A DNA stretch of 64,000 nt from Comamonadaceae bacterium (GCA_947450675.1 CANFWI010000006.1:1447-65446), one strand, 5' to 3'. Counted from the first letter of the stretch, positions 9,627-20,063 are shown. Notes: a model not told the origin generated them from the sequence alone. Made by a program: numbers and translations.

Positions 9627-11237
9627 TTACATCTTTAGCGTGGTCAGGTCTTGGAACCAATGCTGAGCCTGCACAAAGCCTTTGACTTTGGGCGACAACA
9701 CGTGCGGGTTGACGTCATGCACGACCCACAACATCAGGGCTTCATCCACCATCGTTTGGTGCACGGTGGCCAGCAAGGCGTCTTGCACTTTGGTGTTGAA
9801 GCTGGTGCGAACTTTGTCGAGCGCAGCGTCCACTTTAGGGTTGCTGTAGCCGCCCCAGTTGACGCCGTTGGGCGCGACATAACGGCTGTCGACAAAGCGG
9901 GTGATGCCGTAGAACGGGTCAGACGTGACGTAACCGAGGTTGATAGCGCTGATGCCTTTGCCGGCGTTCATGTCGGCCTTCACACCACTGCGCCAGTGCA
10001 GGTACAGGGTTTCCAGTTCGACCACTTCAAACTCCAGCTGAATGCCCACTTCAGCCAAACTTTGCTGGATGTATTCGTTCATCGGCAAGGACAACATTTG
10101 ACCCGTGCCGCCCTGGGCAATGATGACCTTGGCTTTGAGTGGCTTCTCTTTGCTGTAGCCGGCTTGCGCCATCAACGCTTTGGCCGCAGCCACGTCGTAG
10201 CCGAGTTTGAAAGTAGGCTTGCCGAACCATGGGCTGGAGCTGTCGAGCTGGCCTTTGGCAGGCACCGCCAGACCGTTGAGCAGTTGCACAATGCCATCGC
10301 GATTGATGGCCAGATTGGCAGCTTTGCGGACGCGAATATCCACCCACGGTGAGCCGGGTTGAGTGCTGAAGTGATACGGCCAGACGTGCGGCGTGACATT
10401 CGTGACCAGCTTGAAGCCGGCGCTCTTGAGTTGCGGCACCACATCAGGTGGCGGCGTTTCGATCAGGTCAACCTGGCCGCTCAGCAGTGCGTTAGAACGC
10501 GTCAAAGCGTCAGGGATCGGGATCAGCACAATACGGTCGGTTTGCGCCATCCGGGTCTTGTCCCAGTAGGTCGCATTTTTGACCAACTCTGCACGCTCAC
10601 GCGGCACCAGTTTGTCCAGTTTGAAAGGACCTGTGCCGGATGGTTGAGAAGCGAATTTATTCCAGTCACGACCGAGCTTTTCCCACTGTGCCGGGCTCGA
10701 AATCAGGAACCAAGGGAGCTGATACGGAAACAGTGCGTCGATGACTTTGGTGGTGATCTCTACCGTGTAGTCATCGACCTTGCTGTAGCTGGCGATCGAC
10801 GGAATACGCGGCCGCACCTGGGCGCTTTGCTTGGCATCGAACTGTGGCGACTTGTCGTTCAGGACTTTGTCCAGATTCCAGATGACCGCGTCGGCCTTGA
10901 ACTCGGAACCGTCATGGAACTTCGCGCCCTTGCGCAACTTGAAGATCCATTTCTTGTTGTCTTTGGCGTCGACTTTCCATTCACTGGCCAAGCCAGGCAT
11001 CAACTTACCGGGACGCGTGCCGATGTTGGACTCCCAAGCCACGAGCGGGTCATAAATAGTGTGGCCGGTGAATTGGTAGGCGCCGGCGCCGCGGTCTGGT
11101 TGCCCCGTGGTGAGCGGAATATCAGCCATGGAAATGCCGTAGCGAGCCACGGTTTCAGCCATCACGCCGGAGTGCATCGCCAGCGCGACAGGGACCGTTA
11201 ACAGCCAACGAGAAAATTGCTTGGGCAACACGTGCAT
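9627..11237 (-). CDS. ABC transporter substrate-binding protein, family 5 (DppA/OppA-like)
   Basis: 536 aa with a signal peptide. First gene of the SBP-permease-permease-ATPase-ATPase operon. Confidence 0.85.
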   Translation of the reverse strand: MHVLPKQFSRWLLTVPVALAMHSGVMAETVARYGISMADIPLTTGQPDRGAGAYQFTGHTIYDPLVAWESNIGTRPGKLMPGLASEWKVDAKDNKKWIFKLRKGAKFHDGSEFKADAVIWNLDKVLNDKSPQFDAKQSAQVRPRIPSIASYSKVDDYTVEITTKVIDALFPYQLPWFLISSPAQWEKLGRDWNKFASQPSGTGPFKLDKLVPRERAELVKNATYWDKTRMAQTDRIVLIPIPDALTRSNALLSGQVDLIETPPPDVVPQLKSAGFKLVTNVTPHVWPYHFSTQPGSPWVDIRVRKAANLAINRDGIVQLLNGLAVPAKGQLDSSSPWFGKPTFKLGYDVAAAKALMAQAGYSKEKPLKAKVIIAQGGTGQMLSLPMNEYIQQSLAEVGIQLEFEVVELETLYLHWRSGVKADMNAGKGISAINLGYVTSDPFYGITRFVDSRYVAPNGVNWGGYSNPKVDAALDKVRTSFNTKVQDALLATVHQTMVDEALMLWVVHDVNPHVLSPKVKGFVQAQHWFQDLTTLKM

Positions 11238-11276
11238 GAAAGAACTCCAATAGTTAAGAGGTACTGACCTCCTAAC

Positions 11277-11291
11277 GCACGCAATGTGCCA
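11277..11291 (-). promoter_or_regulatory. Possible sigma-54 (-24/-12) promoter TGGCAC-N5-GTGC
   Basis: Minus strand reads TGGCACATTGCGTGC, with the GG and GC spaced as in TGGCAC-N5-TTGC. It lies about 40 nt upstream of the SBP ATG, which has a GGAG Shine-Dalgarno. Confidence 0.3.
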
Positions 11292-11424
11292 ACTATTGAA
11301 ATTTCTATCAATTCAGTGAATATAAAGACGGATGGCCGCGCTGCGCTTGCCATGACGTAGGGGTTGTGCCGTCAGACCGCCGTTGAAGAACGCATCACGG
11401 TGCATTTCCATGCACCAAAATAGA

Positions 11425-12303
11425 TCAGACCAGTAGCGCGGCCAAACCACCTTCGGGTTCAAAGCGATTGTTCTGAAAGACCAGCCGGGTCGGGCCAGTC
11501 CACAGCGGGTGCTTCACCGAGTGGCCCGGGTCGCCTGGGTAGCACATCACGCGCTGGCCTTCAAGCTGCATCGGCTCAGGCTGAATCAGCAGCGGTGGGC
11601 GGGCGCTGGCGGCGTTCATCACATCGGCTGCACTGCCGTAGCGCACCAACTGGCTCAAGCTCAAAATTTGTGCAGGCACCAATCCGAGCTCACCCGACCA
11701 ATACCGGCGCAGGCCCGCCTCGGGCGTCAGCCAAACGGTTTCCGTGACCTCATGGTCATCGTGCACCGCATCTTGACCGGCGGGGGCCAGTGCCACAAAG
11801 AAGCGCGCGTCGAAGCGTCGATTCGTCACCGAAGGCACGCGCGGCGTGATCCACCGCGCCCAAGGCTTCAGGCTGCTGGTCTGCATGGGCAGACCGAGTT
11901 GCGCCATCGCCGCGACAAATCCAAGGCCATCTTTCACATGCTGCCGCAATTGGCCGGGCACATGCGGCGGCAGTTCCCGATGCAGCAGCAGTCCGCACTC
12001 TTCAAAAGTTTCACGCAGGGCCGCCACGTACAAACCTGCGCCGGTGGCGGGGTCAAGCGACTCCTCGCCCAAGCTGGCCGTCAGGGCTTCGGCACTTTGC
12101 TCCAGCTGCGACGCAGGCGTCTGGCAATCCAGCGCATCCAACTTACCGCCAGGAAAAACATGAACCCCGCCCAACACACCCGAATTGCCGTGGCGCCTGA
12201 CCATCAGCACCTCTAGCCCTTGAGGACTGTCGCGCAGCACCATGACGGTTGCCGAGGGCGCCGGCGGCGTGAGGACTTCTTGATGATTGAGTTCGATGGC
12301 CAT
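11425..12303 (-). CDS. NUDIX hydrolase
   Basis: Nudix box region GGKLD...LRETFEECGLL. 292 aa. Confidence 0.8.
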   Translation of the reverse strand: MAIELNHQEVLTPPAPSATVMVLRDSPQGLEVLMVRRHGNSGVLGGVHVFPGGKLDALDCQTPASQLEQSAEALTASLGEESLDPATGAGLYVAALRETFEECGLLLHRELPPHVPGQLRQHVKDGLGFVAAMAQLGLPMQTSSLKPWARWITPRVPSVTNRRFDARFFVALAPAGQDAVHDDHEVTETVWLTPEAGLRRYWSGELGLVPAQILSLSQLVRYGSAADVMNAASARPPLLIQPEPMQLEGQRVMCYPGDPGHSVKHPLWTGPTRLVFQNNRFEPEGGLAALLV

Positions 12304-12330
12304 GGTTTGGATTGTTGCAGGCTTGAGCCC

Positions 12331-13488
12331 TTAGTGCCGCCGCACGGATTCCAGATAATCAGTGTCGATGACCATCCCCCAGCCCGGTTCTTTGGGCAAC
12401 TCGTACAAGCCATTTTTAAACGGCCGCGCTGGCTGGTTGCCGATCAGCTTGTAGAAGAACGGGTCGCGCCACGGCAACATCACCTCTGCAAACCGGCCAT
12501 TCGACACACCGGCTGACAGCATCAATCCGATTTGAGGTTCGAGATGCTGCATGACGGTCACGTTGTAAGCCATCGCCAACATCGCAACCCGCCGCCACTC
12601 GGTTGGCCCGCCACCCCAGCTTGCATCAAAGTTGCAAATGTCGATAGCTTGGGCATTCATCAAGTCCCGGCAACCAAAGCGCGACAACTCGCTTTGCCCT
12701 GCGGCAATCGGCACGCCCGACAGAGAACGCACCAGCGCCATTTCGGCGCGGTCGTTGTCCCATTTGCAAGGCTCTTCAAACCAATCCAATTTCAGGTCAC
12801 GGGTGCGCTGCGTGAAATCAAGCGCTTGCGCCAGTGTCCAACCTTGGTTCGCGTCGCAGCCCAAAATGAAATCGTCACCCCCGGCTCGACGCACCACTTC
12901 TGCGCGTTTAGCGTCTTCCGCGGGCGTCTTGCCGCCCAGCTTGAGCTTCATGCCGTGTATGCCAAAGGCTTTGAGCTCCACCACTTCGTCGGCCAAACCT
13001 TCGAGATCACCGGTTTCTCGGTAGTAGCCACCCAACGCCACCACCGGCACGTTTGCACGCGCACCACCCCACACAACGTGCAGGGGTAAATTGGCCAACT
13101 TGCCAATGGCATCGTAGATAGCGCTGTCAATGCAAGCCTGCGCTCGCAAGGCCACACGCCGGTCGCGAATGAACGGCTCTGTAGCACGCCGCGTCAAGGC
13201 CCAAGCATCCTCAACGGCGCAAACCCGATGGCCGATCAACAAAGGCGCCATCTCTTCATGGATCATGTTGATGATGGACGCTTGCAGCGCATCGTCATTG
13301 CCGTTGAAGCACTCGCCGACCACACCCGCATCGGTGTGAATGCGGGTCAAGATGGTGCAGCGGTGCGTCAACTTCAGGTTGGAACCTGTTGCAGCACGCT
13401 CAAGTTTGACTTTGAGCGGAATGGTTTCAATCCGGGTGATCTTGGCGTCTGGCAGACGACTGATCGGGGTGGGCTGTGCGTGGTGCAT
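12331..13488 (-). CDS. Enolase-superfamily enzyme, mandelate racemase/muconate lactonizing family (acid-sugar dehydratase-like)
   Basis: KxK motif (GMKLKLGG); metal ligands in CDANQGW, WFEEP, AAGQSE. ATG at 13488 (TTG at 13500 is also possible). Confidence 0.85.
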   Translation of the reverse strand: MHHAQPTPISRLPDAKITRIETIPLKVKLERAATGSNLKLTHRCTILTRIHTDAGVVGECFNGNDDALQASIINMIHEEMAPLLIGHRVCAVEDAWALTRRATEPFIRDRRVALRAQACIDSAIYDAIGKLANLPLHVVWGGARANVPVVALGGYYRETGDLEGLADEVVELKAFGIHGMKLKLGGKTPAEDAKRAEVVRRAGGDDFILGCDANQGWTLAQALDFTQRTRDLKLDWFEEPCKWDNDRAEMALVRSLSGVPIAAGQSELSRFGCRDLMNAQAIDICNFDASWGGGPTEWRRVAMLAMAYNVTVMQHLEPQIGLMLSAGVSNGRFAEVMLPWRDPFFYKLIGNQPARPFKNGLYELPKEPGWGMVIDTDYLESVRRH

Positions 13489-13501
13489 AAGTGGTTTCAA
13501 T

Positions 13502-14479
13502 TTATTCGGCTTGAAGCTTCAACTGCTGGATCAACTTGGCCCATTTGACGGTTTCAGTTTCCATGAATTTAGCGAAGGCGTCTGGCGGCATATAAGCCAC
13601 CGTGGCACTCTCCTCAGCCAGCTTCTTGATCGTCTCTGGTTTGGACAAAATATCAGCCAGCACGGTCGACAGTTTTTGAATAATCTCAGGCGACGTGCCT
13701 GCGGGAGCCAGAAAACCCCACCAGTTGTCGGCGTCAAAACCGTTCAACCCCACCTCACTCGCGGTTGGCACATCGGGCACCACAGTTTGACGTTTGGCAC
13801 CACTGACCGCCAGTGGCCGCATGCGCTCACCGCGGAGCAGTGGGAGTGCCTGCGTGACCGTGCCAATCGACAATTGGGCATGACCGGCAGCCACATCGGC
13901 CAAGGCGGCGCCTGCGCCTTTGTAGGGCACATGCATCAGTTTTAAACCGGCTAAATGAGTGAACATTTCGGTCACCAAGTGCTGTGAGCTTCCCACCCCT
14001 GAAGACACATAGTTCAACTGACCCGGTCGCGCCTTGGCATACGCGATGAACTCCGGTAGCGTCTTGACAGGCAGGCCCGGATACACACTGATGACCTGTT
14101 GCGCCGTACCCAAACGAGCGATAGGCGCAAAGTCCGTGACGGGGTTGTAAGCCAGTTTTTTATAGAGCGTCGAATTGGCGGTGTGCGGTGTTGAAATCAA
14201 CAGCAAGGTGTAGCCATCAGGCTTGGCTTTGGCCACGATGTCGGTGCCCATCGTGCCGCCAGCGCCACCGCGGTTGTCAACCACAAAAGGCGCGCCCAAG
14301 CGCTTGCTCAATTGGTCCGAGACATAGCGACCAATGATGTCATTGCTGCCGCCCGGAGAAAAAGGAATGACGACCCGCACAGGCCGACTCGGGTAATCCT
14401 GAGCGCTGGCCGAGGCTACGGCCAAAGCGACACTCAGGAATTGAACGACTCTCAAGATTCGGGAACTGCAGCGCAGCAT
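13502..14479 (-). CDS. Bug/TctC-family substrate-binding protein
   Basis: YPSRPVRVVIPFSPGGSNDIIGR, LNYVSSGVGSSQHL, HVPYKGAG. The ATG at 14479 is preceded by GAGGAG. Confidence 0.85.
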   Translation of the reverse strand: MLRCSSRILRVVQFLSVALAVASASAQDYPSRPVRVVIPFSPGGSNDIIGRYVSDQLSKRLGAPFVVDNRGGAGGTMGTDIVAKAKPDGYTLLLISTPHTANSTLYKKLAYNPVTDFAPIARLGTAQQVISVYPGLPVKTLPEFIAYAKARPGQLNYVSSGVGSSQHLVTEMFTHLAGLKLMHVPYKGAGAALADVAAGHAQLSIGTVTQALPLLRGERMRPLAVSGAKRQTVVPDVPTASEVGLNGFDADNWWGFLAPAGTSPEIIQKLSTVLADILSKPETIKKLAEESATVAYMPPDAFAKFMETETVKWAKLIQQLKLQAE

Positions 14480-14618
14480 GTTGTCTCCTCGATATAGTTT
14501 TAATTGAGTCTGCACCTCGCCAGCAGTTCACAGCCTGTTGAGGTTGGTCAATTATTAATCGACTTTAGACCGCCGTAGACAAGCAAAGCTGCTAACTACG
14601 CTGAATGCCGAGTGGATC

Positions 14619-15578
14619 TCAATCGCGCGTGATGCCGGACTCCTTCACAATGCGCGTCATCAGGTCCCTGTCGGCAGCAAATAATTTACCGAAGCCAGCA
14701 ACGCTCAAGTAGCTCGACTCAATGCCTAAATTTTGAAGTCGTTCATGAACCGCCTTGATGGCAATGACTTTGTTCACTGCCGCGTTGATTTTCTCAACCA
14801 CGGCTGGCGGCGTTCCTGCCGGAGCGAGCAAACCGAACCAGGATTCAAAAGCAAAACCCTTCAAGCCTGACTCGGCAATGGTAGGGATTTGCGACAGCAA
14901 AGCGGAGCGCTTGCTACCGGTCAAGCCAATCACGCGCAAGCGTGGCTCCTGCAAATAAACACCGACACCCGCCGTCGGCACAATCACGGCGTGGGCTCGG
15001 CCACCAGTCACGTCATTCACCGCCTCTTGCGTGCCTTTGTAGGGCACGTGTTGCATCTCAATTCCAGCGAATTTTGTGAAATAAGCCATGGCCAAATGCG
15101 TCGAACTGCCGACACCTGCCGAGTTGTAATTGAGCTTGCCGGGGTTGCTTTTTGCATACTGCACAAACTCTGCGGTGGTCTTGACCGGGAGCTTTGAATT
15201 GACCATCAAAATGTAGCTTTGATTGCCGATATTCACGACCGGAACGAACTCTTTGATCGGGTCGTAAAAGGGTCTGGCGCCCATCGCCGCAGTGACGAAG
15301 TGACTTGAAGCGGCCATCAACAAGGTTCGACCGTCTGGTTCTGCGCGCGACACAAAAGCCGTTCCGATAGCACCACCGGCCCCGGGTTTGGCTTCAATGA
15401 TCCAGTTTTGATTCATCTCTTTGATGAGGTCTTCCTGAATCACCCGCGCCGGCATTTCCCTAGCGCCCCCAGCGGCAAATGGAACAATGATCCGTGCAAC
15501 GCTGGCACCGATTTGAGCCCACACAGACTCGGTCAATGCAGCCAAGGTGCTGGCCAACAAGAGGTTCCTTCGATTCAT
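14619..15578 (-). CDS. Bug/TctC-family substrate-binding protein
   Basis: IIVPFAAGGAREMPAR, LNYNSAGVGSSTHL, HVPYKGTQ. The ATG at 15578 is preceded by GAAGGAG. Confidence 0.85.
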   Translation of the reverse strand: MNRRNLLLASTLAALTESVWAQIGASVARIIVPFAAGGAREMPARVIQEDLIKEMNQNWIIEAKPGAGGAIGTAFVSRAEPDGRTLLMAASSHFVTAAMGARPFYDPIKEFVPVVNIGNQSYILMVNSKLPVKTTAEFVQYAKSNPGKLNYNSAGVGSSTHLAMAYFTKFAGIEMQHVPYKGTQEAVNDVTGGRAHAVIVPTAGVGVYLQEPRLRVIGLTGSKRSALLSQIPTIAESGLKGFAFESWFGLLAPAGTPPAVVEKINAAVNKVIAIKAVHERLQNLGIESSYLSVAGFGKLFAADRDLMTRIVKESGITRD

Positions 15579-15619
15579 CACGTCTCCTTCATTTTTTCAA
15601 AAAATCGACTTGCCGTGCT

Positions 15620-16507
15620 TCACATCAAACGGGTAAAGTCTTCAAATAACTCATCCACGGCATAGGCACGCGGAATCAAGCCTTGCTCGTGAGAATTACG
15701 AATCAACACCTCCAGAGCCCGTCGGTTTGGCTCAATTCCAAAAGGTGTCAGATCTAGCGCGCCAAGATTTTCTGCATCCGCTAATTTTTTACTTTTTTCA
15801 AGCGTGGCGTAAATTTCCCGAACCACGTCAGGTCGTTCACGACAGAGTTCTGTGTCAATCACCATCATGTGATTGATCGGCAACATCTGATGGCGAGCAC
15901 TCCAGGCTTTGGCGGCTTCATGCGGATCGGGCAAAACGGCTTTCAAACGCGGATCATCTGGCAAATCAGTCCCAATGATGGCGGCATCCAGTTCACCCGC
16001 CAACAGCATCTCGACCATGGTGCGTCCTTCTGGCGCACGGACAAATCCCTGCGGATCCGGAAACTCCGCCAGATGGCCGTCTTCAAAAGTGACCCACTGG
16101 ACATCCTTCAAAGGCACGCCATAGTCGTCCGCCAAAATGCCCCGAACCCAGGTGACCGTGGTCTGCGCATGTGCACGAATACCGATGCGTTTACCTTGCA
16201 GCTGAGCGACGGTCACACGCGGCCTTTCAGCGTTGTAAACCAGACAGTGGTGCTGAAAGCGGCCGGCACCCACCACTGCGGGCATCAACGTGAGCGGCTT
16301 ACCGTAAGCCTTGGCTTGCAAAAAAGTCACCAACGCGAGTTCAGCTACATCGAACTCCAGTTGACGCACTACTCGCTTGAAGGCCCGGTTAGGCACTTTG
16401 ACGTCCGCAAAATCAAACTCAAACAACGCCGGCACGATGCTTCCGTTTTTAACGGCCCGTGTGTTCGCGTAATTGCCTAACAGCGTCTTTAATTTCAAGA
16501 TAGCCAT
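15620..16507 (-). CDS. 4,5-dihydroxyphthalate-decarboxylase-like protein (cytoplasmic periplasmic-binding-protein/NMT1-like fold)
   Basis: No signal peptide. Pattern LLGNY..TRA...G.....F.F......P...F.R......DVAEL... GKRIGIR......WVRGIL..DYGV...DV.WV resembles the PhtD/Pht5 family as I recall it. Confidence 0.55.
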   Translation of the reverse strand: MAILKLKTLLGNYANTRAVKNGSIVPALFEFDFADVKVPNRAFKRVVRQLEFDVAELALVTFLQAKAYGKPLTLMPAVVGAGRFQHHCLVYNAERPRVTVAQLQGKRIGIRAHAQTTVTWVRGILADDYGVPLKDVQWVTFEDGHLAEFPDPQGFVRAPEGRTMVEMLLAGELDAAIIGTDLPDDPRLKAVLPDPHEAAKAWSARHQMLPINHMMVIDTELCRERPDVVREIYATLEKSKKLADAENLGALDLTPFGIEPNRRALEVLIRNSHEQGLIPRAYAVDELFEDFTRLM

Positions 16508-16510
16508 GCA

Positions 16511-17395
16511 TCACTCCGCTGAAAAATGGTCGGCGAGGCTGCCCAGCGCTGGATACAGCGCGTGCGCAGTCCGCGAATAAATCCATTCCTGCTCATTCAG
16601 TGACAGCGACGCTGTGGCTTCCATGGCTTCGTTTAACAACTCATTGAGGCTGCCCGAAGATGCCGGGAAATTGGAGCCCCAAGCGATGCGCTGTGCACCA
16701 AATGTGTCGACCACTGCGCGTGCAAATTGAGCTTGCGTAGAGCGCCCCGTTTTGGATTCACGCACGTTGTGCGTCGTGAACTTGAAATGCAAATTTTCGT
16801 AGCGAGCCAGTGCAAACAAGGCGGCAGCTGAGTCGTAGGGCGCACCGCCTTCAAGTTCGGGGCGTGCAAAGTGATCCAGCAAGACCACCGCTTTAGGGAA
16901 GCGCTTGAGCAAGACTTCCAACTGCGGCAAACCATCCGCGCGAAGCTGCACACAGATGGGAATGGCGTTGTCTGAAATGTAGGCCCAGGCGTCAAAGGCT
17001 TTCGGATCGTCCAAGCGAATGCTTCGGTCAGCCGCCGTGTGTCCCGCAATGAAAACACGTGCACCGCTCAAACCTGCTTGCATCCAATACTGGATTTTTT
17101 CAATCGCATCCGTGGCCTGCATGTCGACTGAAAAAACGCCTACCAACTGATCCGGGGATGCCGCCACACTGGCTTGTACGTAACTGTTGTCATGGCCGTA
17201 GCAGGTGGACGCTTGAACCAACACGGATTTGGCCACACCCGCCTGAGTCATGGCTGCCAGCATGCCGGCTGCGCTGACAGGGCGTTCCTTAGACCAGCCC
17301 GATTGCGCGCCGCCCATAGGGGCCAAGGGATAACGCAGCGCGTCATCTGCAATCACGTGGTTGTGAAGATCAACGATAGGCAGAGCAATAGACAT
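16511..17395 (-). CDS. Amidohydrolase_2-family protein (lactonase/decarboxylase type)
   Basis: VDLHNHV metal motif, LLDHFARP, WGSNFP. Resembles LigI/aldonolactonase-type amidohydrolases. Confidence 0.75.
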   Translation of the reverse strand: MSIALPIVDLHNHVIADDALRYPLAPMGGAQSGWSKERPVSAAGMLAAMTQAGVAKSVLVQASTCYGHDNSYVQASVAASPDQLVGVFSVDMQATDAIEKIQYWMQAGLSGARVFIAGHTAADRSIRLDDPKAFDAWAYISDNAIPICVQLRADGLPQLEVLLKRFPKAVVLLDHFARPELEGGAPYDSAAALFALARYENLHFKFTTHNVRESKTGRSTQAQFARAVVDTFGAQRIAWGSNFPASSGSLNELLNEAMEATASLSLNEQEWIYSRTAHALYPALGSLADHFSAE

Positions 17396-17440
17396 GGTGT
17401 TGGACCGGTAAAAAGATACCTCATCGTGCCCGAATTTCCA

Positions 17441-17455
17441 TAAGTTTAAAACTTA
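17441..17455. promoter_or_regulatory. Perfect 7-1-7 palindrome TAAGTTT-A-AAACTTA in a divergent promoter region (candidate LysR operator)
   Basis: Read directly. Lies between the amidohydrolase operon start (17395) and the LysR start (17524). Confidence 0.45.
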
Positions 17456-17523
17456 ATTAAATCCAATCTAACATATCGTTTTACTTATGTCGTTCACCAT
17501 CAGAACCTTCGGAAAGACGCTTT

Positions 17524-18471
17524 ATGGCCCAACTCGACTGGTTTATCCGCGCCAACCTCAAGCCTCGGCACCTCCAGATGATGGTCGCCTTGGACGACTT
17601 GCGCCATTTGGGCCGCGTCGCCACCAGCTTGCATATTTCTCAGCCCGCCGTGTCCCTTGCATTGGGTGAACTGGAAAAAGGACTCGGCTTTAAATTATTT
17701 GAAAGGACCCCCAAGGGTGTCGTGCCGAATGCTTATGGGGAATGTCTGATCAAACAAGCACGCGTCGTGCTGGGCAGTTTGGCCCAAGTGCGCCATGAAT
17801 TGCACGCGCTGTTGTCGGGCGCATCAGGCAAGGTCCATGTGGGCGCCCTGCCCGCCATGACACCCGGTTTATTGCCCAAAACGTTGTCGCTCTTCAAACA
17901 AAAAACACCTTTGACAAGCGTCATCGTGCAAGAGGGGTCGATGGACGCCCTGCTGCCCGAACTGCGGCGCGGTACGGTGGACCTGATCGTCGGCCGACTG
18001 GTCAACCGCAGCGCCAAGGATGATCTGTCCGAGGAGTCTTTATACGAAGGTCACAACGTTGTCGTGGTCGGGCTGAATCACCCGCTGACAGCCCGCCAAG
18101 ATTTGACGTGGAAAGACCTAGGCGAGTACCCGTGGGTCTTGCCGCCAGTAGGTTCGTTGTCGCGCGAGCCTTTGGAAGATGCGCTCCAGCAACACGGCGG
18201 CAGCATGCCGGCCGACTATGTGGAAACGCTGTCGATTCATGTGATCACCGGCTACTTGCAACAATCGCAGGCGATCGGTGTGCTGTCACAAGTTGTCGCT
18301 CGGCATTACATACAGGCGGGTCTGCTGGCGCAACTGCCATTGCTTTTACCTGACCCCGAACGTCCTATTGGCGTCACGTGGAGCCGGCTCAAACCGATCT
18401 CTCCGGCCATGGAAACATTCATGCAATGCCTGCGCGAATCAGCGCAGGCCACTGCTCCCGTTCATCAATGA
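17524..18471 (+). CDS. LysR-family transcriptional regulator
   Basis: w[23 protein letters not shown]. 315 aa. Divergent from the catabolic operon. Confidence 0.9.
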   Translation: MAQLDWFIRANLKPRHLQMMVALDDLRHLGRVATSLHISQPAVSLALGELEKGLGFKLFERTPKGVVPNAYGECLIKQARVVLGSLAQVRHELHALLSGASGKVHVGALPAMTPGLLPKTLSLFKQKTPLTSVIVQEGSMDALLPELRRGTVDLIVGRLVNRSAKDDLSEESLYEGHNVVVVGLNHPLTARQDLTWKDLGEYPWVLPPVGSLSREPLEDALQQHGGSMPADYVETLSIHVITGYLQQSQAIGVLSQVVARHYIQAGLLAQLPLLLPDPERPIGVTWSRLKPISPAMETFMQCLRESAQATAPVHQ

Positions 18472-20063
18472 CGGAAGTGGCGCACGCCGGTCGTCACCAT
18501 CACCACGCCGCGTTCGTCGGCGGCGGCAATCACTTCACCATCGCGCATACTGCCGCCGGGCTGGATGATGCAGCTGGCGCCCACATCGACCACCACGTCG
18601 AGGCCGTCGCGGAAGGGGAAGAAAGCGTCGCTGGCCACAGCTGAGCCTTGCAGGTCGAGGTTGGCATTGGCCGCTTTGATGGCCGCGATGCGGGCCGAGT
18701 CAATGCGGCTCATTTGGCCGGCACCGACGCCCAGCGTCATGCCACCACCGCAGAAGACGATGGCGTTGGACTTGACGTATTTCGCGACCTTCCAAGCGAA
18801 CAGCAAATCTTGCAGTTGCGCAGGCGTCGGTTGCAGCTTGGTGACGACTTTCAAGTCAGCCAGCGTGATTTCATGGTTGTCGGCGGTTTGCATCAACAGA
18901 CCAGAACCCACGCGCTTGACGTCGATGAGGTTGCGGCCTTGTTGGGCCGCGCTGTCGCCACCCGTTGGCAGCGGGATTTCCAAAATGCGCACATTGACTT
19001 TGCTCTTGAAGACCGCAAGCGCTTCAGGGGTGAAGGCCGGCGCCATCAACACCTCAACAAATTGCTTGGAAATTTCCAGCGCCGCTTTTTCGTCGAGTGG
19101 ACAGTTCAGCGCGATGATGCCGCCGAAGGCTGACGTCGGATCGGTCTTGAAGGCTTTTGTGTAGGCATCCAGCGCGTCAACGCCGATGGCCACACCGCAC
19201 GGGTTGGCGTGCTTGACGATGACGCAAGCGGTTTCGCCCAACAGTGAGTCAAAGCTCTTGACGCATTCCCAAGCGGCGTCGGCGTCGGCGATGTTGTTGT
19301 ACGAAAGTTCTTTGCCTTGCAACTGACGGGCCGTGACGAGTGAGCCGGCCGCAGGGTGCAGGTCGCGGTAGAAGGCCGCTTGCTGGTGCGGGTTCTCGCC
19401 GTAACGCAGGTCTTGCAGCTTGATGAAGCGGCCGTTGGACTGGCCCGGAAACAGGCTGTGTGCGCCATCGTTCTGCAAGCTGGACAGGTAGTCGCTGATG
19501 GCGCCGTCGTACTGGCTGATGCGGTTGAACGCAGCCACGGAGAGCGCGAATTTAGTCGCGTCTTTGAGTTGACCGTCGGCTTTGAGTTCGGCCAACACGC
19601 CGGCGTACTGGGAAGCGTCGGTCAGCACGCCGACGTCTTTCCAGTTCTTAGCGGCAGAGCGCACCATGGCCGGGCCACCGATGTCGATGTTTTCAATCGC
19701 GTCTTCCAACGTGCAACCGGGCTTGGCAACAGTCGCTTCAAACGGATAGAGGTTGACCACCAACAGGTCGATGGTGCTGATGCCGTGTGCTTTCAGCGCG
19801 GCCATGTGCTCGGGCACATCGCGCCGGGCCAGCAAGCCGCCATGCACTTTCGGATGCAGGGTTTTAACGCGGCCATCCAACATTTCCGGAAAGCCGGTCA
19901 ACTCCGCCACTTCCGTCACGGGCAAGCCCTGGTCAGCCAGCAATTTGGCGGTGCCACCGGTGGACAGCAGCTTGATGCCCAGCGCGTGCAGGCTTTTGGC
20001 AAACTCAACAACACCGGTCTTGTCGGACACGGAAATCAGGGCGGTCAAAGTAGAGGCGGTCAT
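18465..20063 (-). CDS. purH: Bifunctional AICAR transformylase / IMP cyclohydrolase
   Basis: [13 protein letters not shown]-like and AICARFT domains, full-length 532 aa. Confidence 0.95.
   Translation of the reverse strand: MTASTLTALISVSDKTGVVEFAKSLHALGIKLLSTGGTAKLLADQGLPVTEVAELTGFPEMLDGRVKTLHPKVHGGLLARRDVPEHMAALKAHGISTIDLLVVNLYPFEATVAKPGCTLEDAIENIDIGGPAMVRSAAKNWKDVGVLTDASQYAGVLAELKADGQLKDATKFALSVAAFNRISQYDGAISDYLSSLQNDGAHSLFPGQSNGRFIKLQDLRYGENPHQQAAFYRDLHPAAGSLVTARQLQGKELSYNNIADADAAWECVKSFDSLLGETACVIVKHANPCGVAIGVDALDAYTKAFKTDPTSAFGGIIALNCPLDEKAALEISKQFVEVLMAPAFTPEALAVFKSKVNVRILEIPLPTGGDSAAQQGRNLIDVKRVGSGLLMQTADNHEITLADLKVVTKLQPTPAQLQDLLFAWKVAKYVKSNAIVFCGGGMTLGVGAGQMSRIDSARIAAIKAANANLDLQGSAVASDAFFPFRDGLDVVVDVGASCIIQPGGSMRDGEVIAAADERGVVMVTTGVRHFRH

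Noticed and set aside
11395-11424. Hairpin ggtgcat-ttcc-atgcacc just downstream of the NUDIX gene as a terminator
   Set aside because: The 7-bp stem has no following T-run on the transcribed (minus) strand, so it is not convincing as a rho-independent terminator.
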